NCBI GenBank assembly: GCA_963828465.1
Contig: CAWHEU010000002.1
Coordinates: forward strand, 96,001-160,000
Source: an uncultured Acidobacteriota bacterium
Lineage (GTDB): Bacteria > Actinomycetota > Acidimicrobiia > Spongiisociales > ZC4RG35
Direction: 5' to 3'
Length of the DNA stretch: 64,000 nucleotides
In this document: positions 60,001-64,000 of the stretch, piece after piece
Layout of the letters: every line of letters starts with the position of its first letter
How positions within the stretch are numbered: position 1 is the first letter of the stretch
Made by a program: the position numbers and the translations under genes
The notes under the pieces: generated by a model
Database searches by the model: none
What the model saw: the letters and a program-made list of their open reading frames with translations, nothing else
Told to the model about the DNA's origin: nothing

Positions 60001-61495
60001 TCAGACCATCTCTTCCAGTAACCGGACGACATCGGGCTTGATCGTCTTCCCCATCGCGTTCCGTGGCAGGGCATCGGTGAAATGGAACTCCTTGGGCACC
60101 TTGTGCGGGGCGAGCCGGCCCTTCACCCACGCCTTGAGCTCTTCGGCCTCCACCGGGCCCGACGGAACCAGTACCGCCACAACCCGCTGCCCCCACTCCG
60201 GGTCGTCGACACCGACCACCGCTGCCTCGCTGATCGCCTGGTGGCCCAGCAACACCTCCTCGATCTCGAGGGCGGAAACCTTTTCGCCTCCGGTCTTGAG
60301 GATGTCGATCGAGGACCGGCCCAGGATCCTGTAGCGACCCTCCTCGACGATCGCGGTGTCGCCGGTGCGGAACCAGCCGTCGGAGGTGAAGGCCGAGTCA
60401 GTGTCTTCGGGTCGGTCCCAATACTCGAGGAAGACGGTGGGTCCCCTCACCTGGATCTCGCCGGGCTCATCGCCGTGAGACATCGGATCCGTCGTCGCCG
60501 ACGAGGCGAACCTCGACATCCGGGAGCGGCATGCCGACCGAGCCCGGGATGCGCTCCCCTCGGTAGGGGTTGGACAGACCCATCCCGATCTCGGTCATCC
60601 CGTACCGCTCGAGCAGGGTGTGACCGGACAGCTCACGCCATCGCTCCAGGACCGGAACGGGCAGCGCAGCCGAGCCGGAGACCATGAGCCGCAGGCGGCC
60701 AACCCCGTCCCGGAAGGCGGATGTCGCTTCATCGGGCGTCTGTTCTAGTTGGGCGATGAGCCGGTGATAGATGGTGGGGACGGCCATGTACAGGGTGAGG
60801 TCGCCGGCGGTGAGGCGGTCGACAACCTGGTCGGCGGCGAACGAGGGGAGCATGTCGCACCGCGCCCCGCTCCAAAGGGCGCAACCGATGACGTTGACGA
60901 TGCCGTGAATGTGGTGCAGGGGGAGGGTGAGCAGGATGCGGTCGTCCTGATCCCACTCCCAGGCCTCGACCAACGAGATGATCTGGGCCTGGATGTTGGC
61001 GTGGGTGGTGACCACACCTTTCGGCCGGCCCGTGGTCCCGCTGGTGAAGAGGATCATGGCTCGTCGGTCGGGCTCGATTCGAGGCAGCGGTACAAGGTCC
61101 TGGTTCAACTCCTCCACGAGTAGGAATCGAATACCTCTCGCCGCGGCCAGGGGACGGAGCAGATCTGCGAATGCCGGGGAGGCGATGGCGATGACCGGGG
61201 TCGTGGTGTCGAGCACGTATTCCAACTCAGGTGCCGGGTGGGTGAGACAGAGCGGGACGGCGATCCCACCGGCCCGCCAGATCGCCCACTGGACTCGCAC
61301 GTAGTCGAACGACGGCTCCACCATGAACGCAATCCGGGCCTCGTCGAGGTCGGTCTTGCCATCGAGCAGGCGGGCCGCGCCCCGTTCCGAACCGGTTAGC
61401 AAATCGGCGTAGGTGTGAGTCCCGGCTTGATCGGAGATGGCAATCCGGTCCGGCCACTTGCGGGCCCGGCCGATCAAGGAGATGGACTCACCCAT
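60001..61495 (-). CDS. Acyl-CoA synthetase, malonyl-CoA synthetase/ACSF3-like (frameshift ~60478)
   Basis: FTSGTTGRPKG, LPLHHIHG, ERYGMTE; shifted frame WFRTGD, GRSSIDILKTGG, LPRNAMGK. Confidence 0.9.
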
Positions 61496-61871
61496 CCGAT
61501 GCCATCTCGCCCCTGGCACCGATGATGACGACGTTCCCATCGGGGTCGGCGACCCGCGCCACCCGTTCGCCCCAAGGCTGATCGACCGGCTCCTCGAGGA
61601 TCGTCACACCAGCAGCCCTGGAGGTCTCCACGACGGCATCGCAATCATTCACGTAGACCCAGAGTGCGAATCGCTCGGCCCCGCTCGCGACATCGAGGTC
61701 GGGATCTGCTCCGATGCCCAAGTGCGAGGAGCCGAGGTCCAGCCCGACGTATTGGGCGTCCCCATCGTCGGGGAAGCGGTAGGTGACCGTGCCGCCTAGC
61801 AGTTCTTCATAGAAGCCGAGCGCCCGGGCCAGGTCCGGTGTGCTCAGAATGGGAAATGCCGACTCGATCAT
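61488..61871 (-). CDS. VOC/glyoxalase family protein
   Basis: ALGFY..LLG, LWVYV.D.D, DQPWGER...V.DPDGN. Confidence 0.88.
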   Translation of the reverse strand: MIESAFPILSTPDLARALGFYEELLGGTVTYRFPDDGDAQYVGLDLGSSHLGIGADPDLDVASGAERFALWVYVNDCDAVVETSRAAGVTILEEPVDQPWGERVARVADPDGNVVIIGARGEMASDG

Positions 61872-62251
61872 TGCTCCAGAGGGGCGAACAGATCGACGGC
61901 GTTGCCGTCATGGTCGTGCACCGTGGCATAGCGCTGCCCCCAAGGTGCGTCGAACGGAGGCAGATGACCACGGCCGCCGGCTGCGACCAGATCCTCGTAG
62001 AGCGCATCCACGGCGGCCGTGGTGTCGCAGAGGAAGGCGAGAGCAGTGCGCGGGCCACCTCCGATGGGCGCCTGCCAGTCAGAGAACGACATCACGCTGG
62101 CCTCGCTGTCCAGCATGACCCGCAGACCGCCCGGTCCCTCCGCCTCAGCATGGACCTCATCGCCCTCGAACTCGAGGCCGACCAACCGGTAGAAATCGAT
62201 GGCTCGGGCCATGTCGGAGACGATGACACCGATTGCGTCAAGACGTGGCAT
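61868..62251 (-). CDS. VOC/glyoxalase family protein
   Basis: DMARAIDFYR, PFDAPWGQRYA.V.D.DGN.VDLFA. Confidence 0.88.
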   Translation of the reverse strand: MPRLDAIGVIVSDMARAIDFYRLVGLEFEGDEVHAEAEGPGGLRVMLDSEASVMSFSDWQAPIGGGPRTALAFLCDTTAAVDALYEDLVAAGGRGHLPPFDAPWGQRYATVHDHDGNAVDLFAPLEQ

Positions 62252-62271
62252 ACCGGGAGTCTATGGTCGGA

Positions 62272-63540
62272 TCAGGCGGCTGGGGACCAGATGGCGACCT
62301 CCCCGGCGGAGACTCGGACAGGGTCTCCGCCCTCGACCTTCTGCACCCAGATCCCGGCATCTTCGAGGCTCGACCCTCCGGCGTAGGTGAAGGCAGAGCC
62401 GTCCGGGGCCCAGAGTGAGATGCTGAGGGCGAACTGGTCGAAGTAGGCGAGGTAGTCGCGGCCAAAGAGCCCGGTAGGGCTGAACGGGCGGTACGACTTG
62501 GTCTCGTCACCATCCCAAACGTGCCATTGCAAACGCTCGAAGCCATCGGCCGCCCCGACAGTGCTGTAGAGCAGATCTCGGCCGTCCGGGCTCCAGAACC
62601 ATGCAATGTTCCGTGCCCGGCTCACTTCTTCGAGGGCCCCATCCGAGGTCTCGACCACGAACAATCGCTCCGCGTCGATGATGGGCAGATCGGTCTCTTC
62701 GATCTGGGAGAGCGCCTGACTCTCCGGGGACCCCCGTGACATCACCGCCAATCGACTGCCGGTGTCATCGCCGACGTAGGCCATCGGGGCGGCGTAACGC
62801 AACAACTCTCGCTCGATCTCGCCCAGGGGGGTGGCCAGGGCGAGTGCCTCACCCACATCACGGCCGGTCCCAAGCACCACGGACTCACCGACGTGCGCCC
62901 CCAGCCTGAACTCCCCGGTGGCCGGGACCGTCTCCCGCCCCGAGCCATCGATGGCCAGATACTCGAACCGTCCCGAGACCCGGGCGAGCACCTCGGTGCC
63001 GTCAGGCGCCCAATCGAAATACACGGGCGCTCCCTGATCGATCACCCGGATTTGTCCATCTGGCCCGGCGATGGCCAGAAGTAGGTCTCCCATGTCCTGG
63101 CTCCCGGTCAACGCCAGGTGCTTGCCGTCCGGGCTCCACGCGATGTACACCGCGAGGAGCGGCGATGGCCATTCGTTGAGGTCACCACCTTCGCTGTTCG
63201 CCACCAGCAGATACGTCTCCTGATCTGCCCTCCGTTCGGTCCACGCCACTCTGGATCCGTCGGGCGACCAGGTCGGTTGGGTCCGTTCGATGTCCGGATC
63301 AGGCCCGGCAAGTGTGACCGGGTCGGATCCATCGGGCCGCATCGTCGTGATCTCGCTGTCTGTACCCAGCACGAGGAGGCGTCCTGGGGACGTGTCTTCG
63401 ACGGCGGAGACCCCAGTGGCGATCGTTCCGGCGTCGGGAAGTGTGTTTCGAACGGGTTCACCCGTGGCTGTGCACGCGGTGAGGAGGGCGGCGAAAAGTG
63501 AGACCGGAGCAAGAAAGGCTCGCCCGAGCCGGGTCGTCAC
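62272..63540 (-). CDS. TolB-like/PD40 beta-propeller lipoprotein
   Basis: Lipobox LTAC; repeated W(S/A)PDG motifs. Confidence 0.78.
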   Translation of the reverse strand: MTTRLGRAFLAPVSLFAALLTACTATGEPVRNTLPDAGTIATGVSAVEDTSPGRLLVLGTDSEITTMRPDGSDPVTLAGPDPDIERTQPTWSPDGSRVAWTERRADQETYLLVANSEGGDLNEWPSPLLAVYIAWSPDGKHLALTGSQDMGDLLLAIAGPDGQIRVIDQGAPVYFDWAPDGTEVLARVSGRFEYLAIDGSGRETVPATGEFRLGAHVGESVVLGTGRDVGEALALATPLGEIERELLRYAAPMAYVGDDTGSRLAVMSRGSPESQALSQIEETDLPIIDAERLFVVETSDGALEEVSRARNIAWFWSPDGRDLLYSTVGAADGFERLQWHVWDGDETKSYRPFSPTGLFGRDYLAYFDQFALSISLWAPDGSAFTYAGGSSLEDAGIWVQKVEGGDPVRVSAGEVAIWSPAA

Positions 63541-63550
63541 CTAGTCGACT

Positions 63551-63973
63551 CTACGTCCCGCCGTGCTGAGTCCGCCACGCCTCGACCTGGCGCACTACCG
63601 CGGCCGAGTCGAACCACGTGTTCTCGTAGGCGATGAGGCCCTCACGCAGCTCGAAGAGATGCAGGATGCGCAGCTCGACTGGTGCCCCGCCCCCGGCGAT
63701 CCCGGCCCATTGGCCTTCGACATGACCGGTGACGTCCGACACGTCGACCACCCAACTCCCATCCTCGGATGAGAAGCGGCGGGTGGACACGAATTTCACG
63801 TCGGGGATGGCGGCGATGATGTCCGAATAGACCGCTCCGACCGCCTCCTTCCCGCGCACTGGGCTCAGGGGGTGGGTGACGTCGTCCCACACGATGTCGT
63901 CGGTATACGTGGCCAGGGTGGCGGCGACGTCATGAGCGTTCTCGGCGGCGAAATGCTGATCCACTATGTCCAT
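63551..63973 (-). CDS. SnoaL-like / ester cyclase (NTF2 fold) protein
   Basis: HFAAENAHD, IPD, G..G.W.GI..G, ENTWFD. Confidence 0.85.
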   Translation of the reverse strand: MDIVDQHFAAENAHDVAATLATYTDDIVWDDVTHPLSPVRGKEAVGAVYSDIIAAIPDVKFVSTRRFSSEDGSWVVDVSDVTGHVEGQWAGIAGGGAPVELRILHLFELREGLIAYENTWFDSAAVVRQVEAWRTQHGGT

Positions 63974-64000
63974 GCCTCGAAGCTAATCAAGTGCTCCGGT

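Noticed and set aside
1-64000. tRNA, rRNA, IS elements, integrases, prophage genes
   Set aside because: None recognised by eye. A tRNAscan/Infernal/ISEScan run would be needed to exclude small elements formally.

Overview
GC-rich bacterial chromosomal window with no rRNA, tRNA, CRISPR, phage or transposase signal. Gene content (F420/LLM oxidoreductases, Thr-rich lipoprotein linkers, no outer-membrane or TonB genes) suggests an actinobacterium, possibly Acidimicrobiia (inference). About 14 single-base frameshifts in otherwise intact genes look like long-read assembly errors. Contents in order: the 5' end of hutU; an ABC-2 exporter; deoD-azlC-azlD and an NCS2 purine permease; a metal-uptake-type operon (imelysin, di-heme protein, imelysin, HTTM/gamma-carboxylase-like protein) divergent from ferritin across a perfect 26-bp palindrome; a cell-wall amidase; a DUF6582-nucleotide cyclase fusion; an L-arabinose/beta-L-arabinofuranoside cluster (GH127, epimerase, LLM oxidoreductase, Zn dehydrogenase, LacI, araDBA, sugar ABC transporter) with recurring LacI-type operators; an RRM gene with a structured leader and an unannotated 53-aa Cys/His microprotein; a 13-kb catabolic island for an unknown substrate (CocE hydrolase, flavin oxidoreductase, DHPON-hydrolase-like enzyme, M24-fold enzyme lacking the usual metal ligands, Dpp transporter, LLM oxidoreductase) whose two converging operons share an operator; two two-component systems with adjacent targets; and miscellaneous transport and metabolic genes. 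All family assignments come from motif recognition by eye, not database searches.
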